From Anaerobutyricum hallii (lineage in GTDB: Bacteria; Bacillota; Clostridia; Lachnospirales; Lachnospiraceae), in NCBI RefSeq assembly GCF_900209925.1, contig NZ_LT907978.1:863219-927218 (forward strand): 64,000 nt of DNA. Direction: 5' to 3'. A model generated the notes under the pieces. The model saw only the letters and a program-made list of their open reading frames with translations, did no database searches and was not told where the DNA came from. Below, piece by piece: positions 47,010 through 57,402 of this stretch. The translations under genes and the position numbers were made by a program. Within the stretch, counting starts at the first letter, position 1, and every line of letters starts with the position of its first letter.

Positions 47010-47108
47010 AAAAAAAGAAAGGAAAAGTACTTGACAAAAATATTTGTGTCGTATATAATAGCCAACTGTAAAGCAAAACTACTTTACATGACATGAGGTG
47101 AGAGACTA

Positions 47109-47465
47109 TTGGATAGAATAGTAGAGAAGTCATTACTTTTTGATTTTTATGGTGAATTGCTGACACAGCACCAGAAAGATGTTTATGGTGAATACATTCA
47201 GAATGATTTATCTCCTACAGAGATTGCATCAATTCGAGGAATCAGCCGGCAGGGTGCGCATGATTTGATTAAGAGATGTGAGAAGATTCTTACAGATTAC
47301 GAGAATCGTCTTCATCTGGTAGAGCATTTTCAAAAAGTAAAGAAGACAGTAGCTTCCATTCATACATGTGCAGAAGAGATTGCGGAGTGTGATGATAAGT
47401 CCGTTGTCAGAGAAAAGATTGCACAGATTGCAGAACTGTCCAGTAAGATACTGGAAGAGTATTAA
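47109..47465 (+). CDS. ylxM: YlxM/UPF0122 putative DNA-binding protein (SRP operon)
   Basis: Conserved position upstream of ffh. TTG start with RBS GAGGTGAGA. Confidence 0.7.
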   Translation: MDRIVEKSLLFDFYGELLTQHQKDVYGEYIQNDLSPTEIASIRGISRQGAHDLIKRCEKILTDYENRLHLVEHFQKVKKTVASIHTCAEEIAECDDKSVVREKIAQIAELSSKILEEY

Positions 47466-47483
47466 GAGCAGGGAGATTTTGTT

Positions 47484-48839
47484 ATGGCATTTGAGAGCCT
47501 TACGGATAAATTACAGAATGTTTTTAAGAATTTAAGAAGCAAGGGCCGTCTGACAGAAGCTGACGTAAAGGAAGCGATGAAGGAAGTAAAGAGAGCCCTG
47601 TTGGAAGCGGATGTTAACTTCCGTGTAGTAAAATCCTTTGTCAAGACAGTAACTGACAGAGCGATAGGACAGGATGTTCTGACTGGACTTAATCCAGGTC
47701 AGATGGTAATAAAGATTGTAAAAGAAGAGATGGAATCTTTAATGGGTTCCGAGATGACAGAACTGGTAATTAAGCCGGGGAATGAGATAACCGTTTTTCT
47801 TATGGCAGGTCTTCAAGGTGCAGGTAAGACAACAACCTGTGCAAAGATTGCCGGACAGCTCAAGAAGAAAGGGAAAAAGCCTTTATTAGTTGCCTGTGAC
47901 GTATATCGTCCGGCAGCGATCAAGCAGTTGGAAGTGAATGGTGCAAAGCAGGGAGTACCTGTGTTTACTATGGGAGATAAGCAGAATCCTGTAGATATTG
48001 CCAAGGCTTCTATTGAGCATGCCAGAGAGAATGACAATAATATTGTTATTTTGGATACTGCGGGTCGTCTTCATGTAGATGAGTCTATGATGGAGGAGCT
48101 GCAGAATATAAAAGCGAACGTTGATGTGACACAGACTGTATTAGTTGTAGATGCTATGACAGGTCAGGATGCAGTGAATGTAGCGAAGACTTTTGAAGAG
48201 AAGGTTGGCATCGACGGCGTTATCTTAACTAAGCTTGACGGTGATACCAGAGGTGGTGCGGCACTTTCTATCCGCGCGGTAACAGGTAAGCCGATATTAT
48301 ATGTAGGTATGGGTGAGAAACTCGAAGATTTACAGCAGTTTTATCCAGACCGAATGACAAGCCGTATTCTTGGAATGGGAGATGTATTTACTCTTATTGA
48401 GAAAGCGGAGAATGCAGTGGATGAAGAAGAAGCAAGAAAGTTAGAGCAGAAGCTTCGAAAAGCAGAGTTTGGCTTTGATGATTTTCTTTCTCAGATGCAG
48501 CAGATTAAGAAGATGGGTGGTCTTACAGATATCCTTTCTATGATTCCAGGTGTAGGAAGCCAGCTTAAGAATGTAGACATAGATGATGGAGCGATGGACA
48601 GCATTGAAGCAATCATTTATTCTATGACACCGGAAGAGAGAGCAAACCCAAGTATTTTGAACCCTTCCAGGAAGAAGAGAATTGCAGCAGGAGCTGGTGT
48701 AAAGCTTCAGGATGTGAATAAGCTTTGCAAACAGTTTGAGCAGTCACGTAAGATGATGAAGCAGATGAATGGAATGATGGGAAAGGGTGGCCGCAGAAAA
48801 GGCGGATTTAACCTTGGTGGAATGAAGCTTCCATTTTAA
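47484..48839 (+). CDS. ffh: signal recognition particle protein Ffh
   Basis: NG domain GLQGAGKTT and DTAGR motifs. Met-rich M domain. Confidence 0.95.
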   Translation: MAFESLTDKLQNVFKNLRSKGRLTEADVKEAMKEVKRALLEADVNFRVVKSFVKTVTDRAIGQDVLTGLNPGQMVIKIVKEEMESLMGSEMTELVIKPGNEITVFLMAGLQGAGKTTTCAKIAGQLKKKGKKPLLVACDVYRPAAIKQLEVNGAKQGVPVFTMGDKQNPVDIAKASIEHARENDNNIVILDTAGRLHVDESMMEELQNIKANVDVTQTVLVVDAMTGQDAVNVAKTFEEKVGIDGVILTKLDGDTRGGAALSIRAVTGKPILYVGMGEKLEDLQQFYPDRMTSRILGMGDVFTLIEKAENAVDEEEARKLEQKLRKAEFGFDDFLSQMQQIKKMGGLTDILSMIPGVGSQLKNVDIDDGAMDSIEAIIYSMTPEERANPSILNPSRKKRIAAGAGVKLQDVNKLCKQFEQSRKMMKQMNGMMGKGGRRKGGFNLGGMKLPF

Positions 48840-48938
48840 ATATAAATTTAAAAAGTTTAATTAACGATGGTATCCGGGTAACCGGTTCCAATATAGATGA
48901 ATGAATTATACACAAATATTATGAAAGAGGTGAATCAC

Positions 48939-49184
48939 ATGGCAGTAAAAATGAGATTAAAAAGAATGGGTAAAAAGAGAAATCCTATCTATAGAATTGT
49001 AGTTGCAGATGCAAGATCTCCAAGAGATGGAAGAAACATCGACGAAATCGGTTTATACGATCCTAACCAGGAACCATGCGTAGTTAATATCGATGAAGAA
49101 GCAGCTAAAGACTGGCTTTCTAAAGGAGCTCAGCCAACAGACACAGTTGCAAGATTATTAAAGAATGCCGGTATTGAGAAATAA
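48939..49184 (+). CDS. rpsP: 30S ribosomal protein S16
   Basis: [25 protein letters not shown]-terminus. RBS AAAGAGGTGA before the ATG at 48939. Confidence 0.9.
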   Translation: MAVKMRLKRMGKKRNPIYRIVVADARSPRDGRNIDEIGLYDPNQEPCVVNIDEEAAKDWLSKGAQPTDTVARLLKNAGIEK

Positions 49185-49202
49185 TAACTGGAGGCTAATA
49201 TA

Positions 49203-49433
49203 ATGAAAGAATTAGTAAGAGTTATAGCAGTTTCTCTCGTTGATCATCCGGACGAAGTTGCTGTCACAGAGAAGGAGACAGAGAACTCCATTATCTTAGA
49301 ATTACATGTTGCTCCAGATGATATGGGCAAAGTAATTGGCAAACAGGGACGTATTGCAAAGGCAATCCGTACGGTTGTAAAGGCAGCGGCATCCCGCGAT
49401 GATAAAAAAGTGATAGTTGATATCGCACAGTAA
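49203..49433 (+). CDS. KH-domain RNA-binding protein (YlqC-like)
   Basis: GKVIGKQGRIAKAIR KH motif; 76 aa. Confidence 0.85.
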   Translation: MKELVRVIAVSLVDHPDEVAVTEKETENSIILELHVAPDDMGKVIGKQGRIAKAIRTVVKAAASRDDKKVIVDIAQ

Positions 49434-49526
49434 TAGGCATTTGAAATGTTACCTGTAAATATTTGAGCAGGTAACATTTTTTTCTATACAGGGAAGAATT
49501 CAACGGCAGAATGGAGATAATAAGGT

Positions 49527-50036
49527 ATGGAAGATTTATTTCAGATTGGTATTATTACGGGAACACATGGACTGAAAGGTGAAGTCAAAGTTTTTCCAAC
49601 AACAGATGATAAAGAAAGATTCCTCGACTTAGATACGGTCATTATTGACACAGGTAAGGAACTGGTTGAGAAGAAGGTGCAGTATTGTAAGTTTTTCAAA
49701 CAGTTTGTTTTTGTAAAGTTTGAAGGACTGGATGATATTAATGACGTAGAAAAGTATAAGAGATGTCCTCTTAAAGTTACGAGAGAGAATGCTGTTCCAT
49801 TAGAAGAGGATGAATACTATGTTGCAGATTTGCTGGGCCTTACGCTTGTTGACGAAAGTGGTGTAACGATCGGTGAGCTTGTTGATGTTATAGAGACTGG
49901 TGCGAATGACGTGTACGAAGTAAAAACATCCGATGGAGGTCATGTACTTCTTCCGGCAATCAAAGATTGTATTCTTGATGTGGATATGGATGAGAAAATT
50001 ATTTTGGTTCATATGCTGAAAGGGCTGGTGGACTAA
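49527..50036 (+). CDS. rimM: ribosome maturation factor RimM
   Basis: GLKGEVKV motif and a PRC barrel; 169 aa. Confidence 0.9.
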   Translation: MEDLFQIGIITGTHGLKGEVKVFPTTDDKERFLDLDTVIIDTGKELVEKKVQYCKFFKQFVFVKFEGLDDINDVEKYKRCPLKVTRENAVPLEEDEYYVADLLGLTLVDESGVTIGELVDVIETGANDVYEVKTSDGGHVLLPAIKDCILDVDMDEKIILVHMLKGLVD

Positions 50037-50782
50037 TGAATTTCCATGTACTCACTCTGTTTCCGGATATGATTGAGGCAGGGCTTCATACGAGTGTAAC
50101 CGGAAGAGCGTTACAGAATGGATATATTCATCTGAATGCGGTAAATATACGAGATTATTCCAAAGATAAACATAAACATGTGGATGATTATCCTTATGGT
50201 GGAGGAGCGGGAATGGTGATGCAGCCGGAACCGATTTATCTTGCGTATGAGGATATTACACAGAATATAGAGAAAAAACCAAGAGTAGTTTATGTGACAC
50301 CACAGGGAGCTGTTTTTAATCAATCAATGGCGGAAGAGTTTGCTAAAGAAGAAGATCTGATTTTTCTATGTGGACATTACGAAGGGGTAGATGAAAGAAT
50401 TTTAGAAGAAATCGTAACAGATTATGTATCGATTGGTGATTATGTCCTTACGGGCGGAGAACTGCCGGCAATGGTCATGATTGATGCGGTTTCCCGTCTT
50501 GTACCCGGAGTTTTGAATAATGAAGAATCTGCTGAATTTGAGTCGTTCCATGACAATCTTTTAGAGCATCCCCAGTATACAAGACCGGTAGAATTCCATG
50601 GGAAAAGGGTTCCGGATGTGCTTTTGTCCGGTCATCATGGTAATGTGGATAAATGGCGGCGGGAACAGTCGTTGAAGAGAACTTTAGAAAGGCGGCCTGA
50701 TTTGTTAGAGAAGGCTGACTTATCTAAAGATGATGAAAAGTATTTAAAAAAGTTAAAAAAAGACTTGCATGACCAGGCATAG
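50036..50782 (+). CDS. trmD: tRNA (guanine37-N1)-methyltransferase
   Basis: SPOUT fold. ATG overlaps the rimM stop codon. Confidence 0.9.
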   Translation: MNFHVLTLFPDMIEAGLHTSVTGRALQNGYIHLNAVNIRDYSKDKHKHVDDYPYGGGAGMVMQPEPIYLAYEDITQNIEKKPRVVYVTPQGAVFNQSMAEEFAKEEDLIFLCGHYEGVDERILEEIVTDYVSIGDYVLTGGELPAMVMIDAVSRLVPGVLNNEESAEFESFHDNLLEHPQYTRPVEFHGKRVPDVLLSGHHGNVDKWRREQSLKRTLERRPDLLEKADLSKDDEKYLKKLKKDLHDQA

Positions 50783-50869
50783 TATGGTACACTTAACAAG
50801 TTGTGAAAAAAGGTGGTCCGCTTTTACATTTAGGTATTAAGAACACCGAGAATATATAGGAGGTCACAC

Positions 50870-51217
50870 ATGAAAGATATTATTAAAAGCATTGAAGATG
50901 CACAGTTAAAACCAGAAGTTGATAGTTTCCGCGTTGGAGATACAGTTCGTGTTTCTGCAAAGGTAGTAGAAGGTTCACGTGAGCGTATCCAGGTATTTGA
51001 AGGAACTGTTATTAAGAGACAGAACGGTGGAGCAAAAGAAACTTTCACAGTAAGAAAGTTCTCCAATGGTGTTGGTGTTGAGAAGACATGGCCATTACAT
51101 TCTCCAATCGTTACAAAGATTCAGGTAGTAAGAAAAGGTAAAGTAAGAAGAGCTAAACTTTACTACTTACGTGAGAGAATCGGTAAGAAAGCTAAGGTAA
51201 AAGAATTAGTTAAATAG
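50870..51217 (+). CDS. rplS: 50S ribosomal protein L19
   Basis: FRVGDTVRV and [11 protein letters not shown] motifs. Confidence 0.9.
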   Translation: MKDIIKSIEDAQLKPEVDSFRVGDTVRVSAKVVEGSRERIQVFEGTVIKRQNGGAKETFTVRKFSNGVGVEKTWPLHSPIVTKIQVVRKGKVRRAKLYYLRERIGKKAKVKELVK

Positions 51218-51230
51218 TATCACAAAAATC

Positions 51231-51260
51231 GGGGCGAGTATTTATACTTGCCCTGTTTTT
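51231..51260 (+). terminator. intrinsic terminator after rplS
   Basis: GGGCGAGTAT..ATACTTGCCC followed by TGTTTTT. Confidence 0.6.
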
Positions 51261-51293
51261 CCATACAGATTTCCGGGAAACAGGTGAAAACAG

Positions 51294-51839
51294 ATGAAAA
51301 ATTATCGATATTTAGAAAGAAGAAATTTGATGATCCGCCGAATTGGTCTATGGGTCGGAGAGATTGCAGCAGCAATTCTGTTAGCATTTTTGGTTATTCA
51401 GTTTTGTTTTCAGACAGTAACCGTCCATGGGGATTCTATGCAACCTGCATATTATGATGGAGATACTGTGTTGGTAAATAAACTGGATTATCGATTCGGC
51501 AGTCCGAAGAGGCTTGATGCGGTTATTTTAGAACTTGAGAATGGCTCTACAACACATTATTCCGTAAAGCGGGTTATTGGTCTGCCGGGTGAAACTGTAA
51601 AGATAGAGAATGGAAAGATTTATATAAATAATAAAGAACTGAAAGGTTTTTCAGAGGAAGAAATCCTTTCAGCAGGTTTAGCTGCATATGATGTGGCACT
51701 GGAAGATGATGAGTATTTTGTGATGGGAGATAACTGTAATAACAGTGAAGATTCAAGAGTATCTAATATTGGAAACATCAAACGTTCACAATTTGTCGGT
51801 AAAATAACAGGTACGATTCATAAAGCAAAGAGACAGTAG
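51294..51839 (+). CDS. lepB: signal peptidase I (paralog 1)
   Basis: GDSMQP catalytic Ser motif, the K box, and a GDN box. RBS AGGTGA. Confidence 0.85.
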   Translation: MKNYRYLERRNLMIRRIGLWVGEIAAAILLAFLVIQFCFQTVTVHGDSMQPAYYDGDTVLVNKLDYRFGSPKRLDAVILELENGSTTHYSVKRVIGLPGETVKIENGKIYINNKELKGFSEEEILSAGLAAYDVALEDDEYFVMGDNCNNSEDSRVSNIGNIKRSQFVGKITGTIHKAKRQ

Positions 51840-51862
51840 GAAGAATAGCAGGAGGGAAAGAA

Positions 51863-52711
51863 ATGCATTTTCAGTGGTATCCTGGTCATATGACAAAGGC
51901 CAGAAGAATGATGCAGGAGAATATCAAGTTAATTGATATTGTAGTGGAACTGGTAGATGCCAGAGTTCCGCTTAGCAGTAAAAATCCGGACATAGATGAA
52001 CTGGCAAGGAATAAGTATCGTCTTATTGTGCTAAATAAGGCAGATATGGCAGATGCAAAAACAACGGCAGCGTGGCAGAGTTATTTTGAAGCAAAAGGTT
52101 TTTTTGTGGCAAAGGTGAACTCACAAAAAGGTGCCGGAATGAAAGAAGTAAAGTCTCTGATAGAAAAGGTCTGTCAGGAAAAAAAGGCAAGAGATAAAAA
52201 AAGAGGAATATTAAACCGTCCACTACGTGCGATGGTTGTAGGAATTCCGAATGTAGGAAAGTCTACTTTTATCAATTCTTTTGCAGGCAAAGCCTGTGCG
52301 AAGACAGGAAATAAGCCAGGTGTTACAAAGGGAAAGCAGTGGATTAAGATTAATAAGAATGTCGAGCTTTTAGATACGCCAGGTATTTTATGGCCGAAAT
52401 TTGAAGATCAGGCAGTTGGACTCCGACTGGCATTAATTGGTTCTATTAAAGAAGAGATTCTTAATACAACAGAGATGGCAATTGCGTTTATTGATTTCCT
52501 GAAGAAAACCTATAAAGGGGTACTGGAAGAAAGATATGCTGTAGATGAGGGCAAAGAGAATTTAGAGATTCTTGAAGAAATTGCAAGAGTGAGAGGATGT
52601 CTGATGAAAGGAAATCAGATGGATATTGACAAAGCAGGACGACTTCTTTTAGAGGATTTCCGTTCCCTGCGTCTTGGCAAGTTGTCTTTGGAGGTGCCAG
52701 ATGAGCAATAA
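51863..52711 (+). CDS. rbgA: ribosome biogenesis GTPase A (YlqF)
   Basis: Circularly permuted GTPase with NKADM then GIPNVGKST motifs. Confidence 0.9.
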   Translation: MHFQWYPGHMTKARRMMQENIKLIDIVVELVDARVPLSSKNPDIDELARNKYRLIVLNKADMADAKTTAAWQSYFEAKGFFVAKVNSQKGAGMKEVKSLIEKVCQEKKARDKKRGILNRPLRAMVVGIPNVGKSTFINSFAGKACAKTGNKPGVTKGKQWIKINKNVELLDTPGILWPKFEDQAVGLRLALIGSIKEEILNTTEMAIAFIDFLKKTYKGVLEERYAVDEGKENLEILEEIARVRGCLMKGNQMDIDKAGRLLLEDFRSLRLGKLSLEVPDEQ

Positions 52712-53303
52712 AGAAATTGAAACAGAGAAGAACAGTGAGAAAGAAACGAGTGGGACAAAGGAAAACAGTACTGCAAAAAATATTTTAGGTACGATCGCAT
52801 ACATAGCCGGTGTCTGTATTTTTGTATTTCTTATTTTACATTTTGTAGGACAGAGAACAGTGGTTAATGGAAATTCTATGGATACCACATTGGCAAATGG
52901 ACAGAATCTGGTTATGGATAAGCTTTCCTATCGTTTTCATGATCCAAAGAGATATGATATTATCATTTTCCCTGGACCAGAAGAAGAAGGAATGCATCCG
53001 TATTATATTAAGCGGATTATCGGAATGCCAGGTGAAACCGTCCAGATTAAAGATGGAAAGGTCTATATTAACGATAAAGAGCTAAAGAGTGATGTATATG
53101 GCATTACAGATTATATTGATTATCCGGGAATAGCCGAGGAGCCGGTGACATTAGGGAAGGATGAGTATTTCTGTTTAGGGGATAATCGTCCGGTCAGTCA
53201 GGATAGCCGTTATGAGATTGTTGGCCCCGTAAAGCGTTCACAGATTGTTGGCAAGGTATGGATAAGAATCTGGCCATTAAATAAGTTTGGAAAAGTTTCC
53301 TGA
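52701..53303 (+). CDS. signal peptidase I (paralog 2)
   Basis: GNSMDTT and RIWPLNKFGKVS motifs. RBS GGAGGTG. Overlaps the rbgA 3' end. Confidence 0.85.
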   Translation: MSNKEIETEKNSEKETSGTKENSTAKNILGTIAYIAGVCIFVFLILHFVGQRTVVNGNSMDTTLANGQNLVMDKLSYRFHDPKRYDIIIFPGPEEEGMHPYYIKRIIGMPGETVQIKDGKVYINDKELKSDVYGITDYIDYPGIAEEPVTLGKDEYFCLGDNRPVSQDSRYEIVGPVKRSQIVGKVWIRIWPLNKFGKVS

Positions 53304-53353
53304 TTTGATAAAGTATCTTAAAAAGTATCTTGAATGGAAGGTGTCTGCGAAAT

Positions 53354-53965
53354 ATGGCTAGAAGAGCAAGGAAGAACCAGGAAGTAAGACTGGGAAGGCG
53401 GCAGCGCAGAAGAAAAGAACAGAGAAGAAAGAACGTGAAAGAAGTGATTGGTACAATACTGTATCTTGTTATTTTATGTGCGATAGTATATTTTATACTT
53501 CACTATGTAGGACAGAGGACAGTTGTACGAGGAGATTCTATGGATACGACTCTCTCTGATGGACAGAACCTTATCATGGATAAATTATCCTACCGTTTTC
53601 ATGAACCAGAAAGATATGATATTGTTATTTTTCCGGGACCGGAAGAATATGGAGAACACCCGTATTATATAAAGCGTATTATAGGGCTGCCGGGAGAAAC
53701 GGTGCAAATAAAAAAGGGCAAGGTTTATATCAATGGAAAGAAGCTAAAAAGCGATATATACGGCATTACGGATTATATCGATGAGGCAGGTGTGGCAAAG
53801 AGTGCGCAAAAACTTGGTAAGGATGAGTATTTTTGTTTGGGAGATAACCGTCCTGTCAGTTATGACAGCCGCTATGAGGAGGTTGGTCCGGTACACCGTT
53901 CACAAATTATTGGTAAGGTATGGATAAGAATCTGGCCGTTAAATAAGTTTGGAAAGGTTTCTTAA
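53354..53965 (+). CDS. signal peptidase I (paralog 3, tandem duplicate of paralog 2)
   Basis: High identity to 52701..53303 across the catalytic core and the C-terminal IWPLNKFGKVS motif. Confidence 0.8.
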   Translation: MARRARKNQEVRLGRRQRRRKEQRRKNVKEVIGTILYLVILCAIVYFILHYVGQRTVVRGDSMDTTLSDGQNLIMDKLSYRFHEPERYDIVIFPGPEEYGEHPYYIKRIIGLPGETVQIKKGKVYINGKKLKSDIYGITDYIDEAGVAKSAQKLGKDEYFCLGDNRPVSYDSRYEEVGPVHRSQIIGKVWIRIWPLNKFGKVS

Positions 53966-53968
53966 AAA

Positions 53969-54736
53969 ATGAAAAGTATTACTGCTATAAAAGAAGAATT
54001 TAAAAATCTTACCCCAGAAGAAATTTCTGCACAGATTGTATTGTATCAGAACGATGAAAGAAAAGGCGTACAGAGTTTTTTACTTTCTCAGAAAAAAAAG
54101 GTGGAAAAGTATTATCAGGAAGTAGAGAGAATAGAGAATCTGTGCCGGTTTGAGAAAGAATACAGTCAATATGAGTTTATTTGTGGAATCGATGAAGTGG
54201 GCCGGGGACCATTAGCAGGTCCGGTTGTAGCCGGAGCGGTTGTTTTGCCAAAAGAAAGCAGAATCTTATACATTAATGATTCAAAGAAGCTTTCTGCAAA
54301 AAAGAGAGAAGAATTATTTGAGGTAATTCAAAAAGAAGCGGTTTCTGTAGGAATCGGAATGGCTTCTCCAGAGCGTATTGATGAAATCAATATTTTACAG
54401 GCAACGTATGAAGCGATGCGCCAGGCGGTTGCAAATCTGTCTGTGAAGCCAAGTCTGTTATTAAATGATGCAGTAACGATTCCGGGAATGGACATGAAAC
54501 AGGTTCCGATTATCAAGGGAGATGCCAAAAGTATTTCTATCGGAGCAGCAAGTATTATGGCAAAAGTTTACAGAGATCGTATGATGGAAGAGTATGATCA
54601 TATTTTCCCAGGATATGATTTTGCATCCAATAAGGGATATGGTTCTAAGGAACATATCGAGGCGATACATCGACAGGGTCCATGTCCAATACATCGCCGC
54701 AGTTTCCTTAAAAACATTTGTGGGGAGCAGATTTAA
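53969..54736 (+). CDS. rnhB: ribonuclease HII
   Basis: GIDEVGRGPLAGPVV motif. Confidence 0.9.
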   Translation: MKSITAIKEEFKNLTPEEISAQIVLYQNDERKGVQSFLLSQKKKVEKYYQEVERIENLCRFEKEYSQYEFICGIDEVGRGPLAGPVVAGAVVLPKESRILYINDSKKLSAKKREELFEVIQKEAVSVGIGMASPERIDEINILQATYEAMRQAVANLSVKPSLLLNDAVTIPGMDMKQVPIIKGDAKSISIGAASIMAKVYRDRMMEEYDHIFPGYDFASNKGYGSKEHIEAIHRQGPCPIHRRSFLKNICGEQI

Positions 54737-54740
54737 AGGA

Positions 54741-55109
54741 ATGGAGAAGGCAGCAGTGCGAAGAAATTACGGAATGGCTGCAGAGGAAGCAGCAGCTCTT
54801 TTTCTTGAGGAAAAGGGGATTCGCATACTGGAGAGAAACTTTCGAAGTTACCATGGAGAAATTGATATTATTGCGCTGGAAAAAGAAACCATTCTTATTG
54901 TGGAAGTAAAGATGAGAAGAAGCAAAGAATGTGGTACTCCGGCGGAAGCAGTTAATTTAAAAAAACAAAAAAGAATCTGTTATACATTAAATTATTATCG
55001 TATGAAAAAACAGCTTATGGACACAACTGCTGTTCGATTTGATGTTATAGAAGTAGATAAAGATTTACAATGTCACTGGATAAAGAATGCATTTGAGTTT
55101 CAGGAATAA
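54741..55109 (+). CDS. yraN: YraN family (UPF0102) putative endonuclease
   Basis: GEIDIIA...VEVK restriction-endonuclease-like motif; 122 aa from the ATG at 54741. Confidence 0.8.
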   Translation: MEKAAVRRNYGMAAEEAAALFLEEKGIRILERNFRSYHGEIDIIALEKETILIVEVKMRRSKECGTPAEAVNLKKQKRICYTLNYYRMKKQLMDTTAVRFDVIEVDKDLQCHWIKNAFEFQE

Positions 55110-55143
55110 GTGTTAGATTGAATTAGAAACTGTGGAGAAAGCT

Positions 55144-55980
55144 ATGAAGTTTGTATATGCTAATGAGAATCATTCGACAATGATAAATGAGAAAAACGGG
55201 GTAGTATTCCTTACATTTCCAAAGCTTGTGAAGGCTGGAGTATGTCATGGTTTTTCTACTCGAATCGGCGGTGTAAGTGAAGGATATCTTTCTTCAATGA
55301 ATCTGTCGTTTACTCGTGGAGACGATCCACAAAAAGTACAGGAGAATTTTCAAAGAATCGGAGAAGCAATTGGTTTTAATGCAGCAGATCTGGTGTTGTC
55401 TTCTCAGATTCATGAGACCAGGATTCGTAAAGTTACAGCAAAGGATAAGGGCGATGGCATTATAAGAGAAACAGTGCCGGGAATTGATGCACTTATTACA
55501 GATGAGAAAGGGATTCCCCTCTATACTTCTTATGCCGATTGTGTTCCTCTTCTTTTTTATGATCCGGAACACCATGTGGCTGGAATGGCTCATTCTGGCT
55601 GGCGTGGTACTGTAAAAAAGATTGGAGCAAAGTTTGTAGCATATATGCAAAATGAATACGGAAGTAAGCCGGAAAATATTATTGCGGCAATTGGTCCGTC
55701 TATTTGCCGAAACTGCTATGAAGTTGGTGAAGAAGTTGCAGATGCATTTAAGAAAGTTTTTTTGCCGGAGGAAATACCGTTGATCATGGATGATAAAGGT
55801 AATGGAAAGTATCAGTTGGATTTATGGAAGGTAAATGAACTCATACTTACGCAGGCGGGAATCCGCAAGGAGAATCTGGATATCACAGACATTTGTACCT
55901 GTTGTAATAGCGACAAGTTATTTTCACATAGAGCAAGTCATGGGAAAAGAGGAAATATGGGCTGTTTTATGTGTCTGTAA
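55144..55980 (+). CDS. pgeF: peptidoglycan editing factor PgeF (YfiH/DUF152 family)
   Basis: His/Cys active-site motifs HSGWRG and CTCC. RBS GGAGA before the ATG at 55144. Confidence 0.8.
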   Translation: MKFVYANENHSTMINEKNGVVFLTFPKLVKAGVCHGFSTRIGGVSEGYLSSMNLSFTRGDDPQKVQENFQRIGEAIGFNAADLVLSSQIHETRIRKVTAKDKGDGIIRETVPGIDALITDEKGIPLYTSYADCVPLLFYDPEHHVAGMAHSGWRGTVKKIGAKFVAYMQNEYGSKPENIIAAIGPSICRNCYEVGEEVADAFKKVFLPEEIPLIMDDKGNGKYQLDLWKVNELILTQAGIRKENLDITDICTCCNSDKLFSHRASHGKRGNMGCFMCL

Positions 55981-55993
55981 CTTTTTAAAATTT

Positions 55994-56023
55994 CGCAGCA
56001 AGAATGCCGAGACATTCTTGAAT
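55994..56023. repeat. short palindrome family (CGCAGCAAGAATGCCGAGACATTCTTGAAT)
   Basis: Lies 14 bp after the pgeF stop codon. Inverted repeat CAAGAATG / CATTCTTG. Confidence 0.6.
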
Positions 56024-56067
56024 TATATGATTTATGTCAGGAATCTTTGAATAAATGGAGAAGAAGA

Positions 56068-57402
56068 ATGAAAAAACATTTGCATATTATTGCCTCGGTT
56101 GAATCGGGAAGTATTGCTGAAGAACTTGGTTTAGAGCCGGGGGATGCCATAGAGGAAATCAACGGAAATGAAATAGAAGACATATTTGATTATCAGTATT
56201 ATGTGGAAGAAGAGTATTTAGATGTGCTGGTTCTCACAAAAGACGGGGAAGAGTGTGTATTGGAGATTGAGAAAGATGAGGATGAAGATTTGGGAATTAC
56301 TTTTGAGTCTTCTCTCATGGATGAATACCACTCCTGCTGTAATAAATGTATGTTCTGCTTTATTGACCAGATGCCTCCGGGAATGAGAGAAACACTTTAC
56401 TTTAAAGATGATGATTCACGTTTGTCTTTTTTACAGGGGAATTATATTACATTAACCAATATGCGTGATAAAGACATCGAAAGAGTGATTCGGTATCATT
56501 TATCACCAATTAATATCTCTGTTCATGCAACGAATCCAGAGCTTCGATGTAAGATGCTTCACAATCGTTTTGCAGGAGATATTTTAGAAAAAATAGGACG
56601 ACTTTATAAAGCAGGCATTCGCATGAACAGTCAGGTCGTACTGTGTAAAGGATTGAATGATGGAGAAGAACTTGATCGGACGATATCTGATCTTGGAAAG
56701 TTTCTTCCGTACATGGAAAGTTTATCTGTCGTTCCGGTTGGTCTTACAAAGTACAGAGAAGGTCTTGCTCCGCTTGAGCTTTTTGAAAAAGAAGATGCAG
56801 GTAAAGTACTGAAGCAGATTCATAAATGGCAGGATTATTTTCGTGAAAATTATGGAACAACCTTTGTTCATGCAAGCGATGAATGGTTTATTCTCGCAGA
56901 ACAGGAATTCCCAGATGAGGCGTATTATGAAGGCTATGGACAGCTTGAAAATGGTGTCGGTATGATGCGGCTTTTGCTAGAGGAAGTAAAAGAACACCTT
57001 GCGGAGCTTACCGGTGATGATCGGGAAAAACATGTAGCAATCGCGACAGCGAAACTTGCTTATCCAACGATTAAGAAGCTTGCAGCGGATGTGGAAACGA
57101 AATTCCCTGGTATTAAGATAGATGTGTACTGCATTACTAATAAATTTTTTGGTGAACATATTACAGTTTCAGGTCTTTTGACCGGACAGGATATTATTGC
57201 ACAGTTAAAAGGAAAGGCGCTTGGAGAGGAGCTCCTCCTTCCATGCAATGTGTTAAAAGCTGATGAGGATATTTTCCTTGATGACATTTCATTAAAGGAA
57301 CTTTCCGATTCTTTACAAGTTCCCGTAAATATTATACAATCAGAGGGAAGAGACTTTGTTGATAAAATTATTACGATAGAGAATGGAGGAAATTATGAGT
57401 AA
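56068..57402 (+). CDS. DUF512-domain protein (PDZ plus radical-SAM-like), conserved upstream of der
   Basis: CCNKCMFCF cysteine motif with an N-terminal PDZ-like domain. RBS GGAGAAG before the ATG at 56068. Confidence 0.75.
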   Translation: MKKHLHIIASVESGSIAEELGLEPGDAIEEINGNEIEDIFDYQYYVEEEYLDVLVLTKDGEECVLEIEKDEDEDLGITFESSLMDEYHSCCNKCMFCFIDQMPPGMRETLYFKDDDSRLSFLQGNYITLTNMRDKDIERVIRYHLSPINISVHATNPELRCKMLHNRFAGDILEKIGRLYKAGIRMNSQVVLCKGLNDGEELDRTISDLGKFLPYMESLSVVPVGLTKYREGLAPLELFEKEDAGKVLKQIHKWQDYFRENYGTTFVHASDEWFILAEQEFPDEAYYEGYGQLENGVGMMRLLLEEVKEHLAELTGDDREKHVAIATAKLAYPTIKKLAADVETKFPGIKIDVYCITNKFFGEHITVSGLLTGQDIIAQLKGKALGEELLLPCNVLKADEDIFLDDISLKELSDSLQVPVNIIQSEGRDFVDKIITIENGGNYE

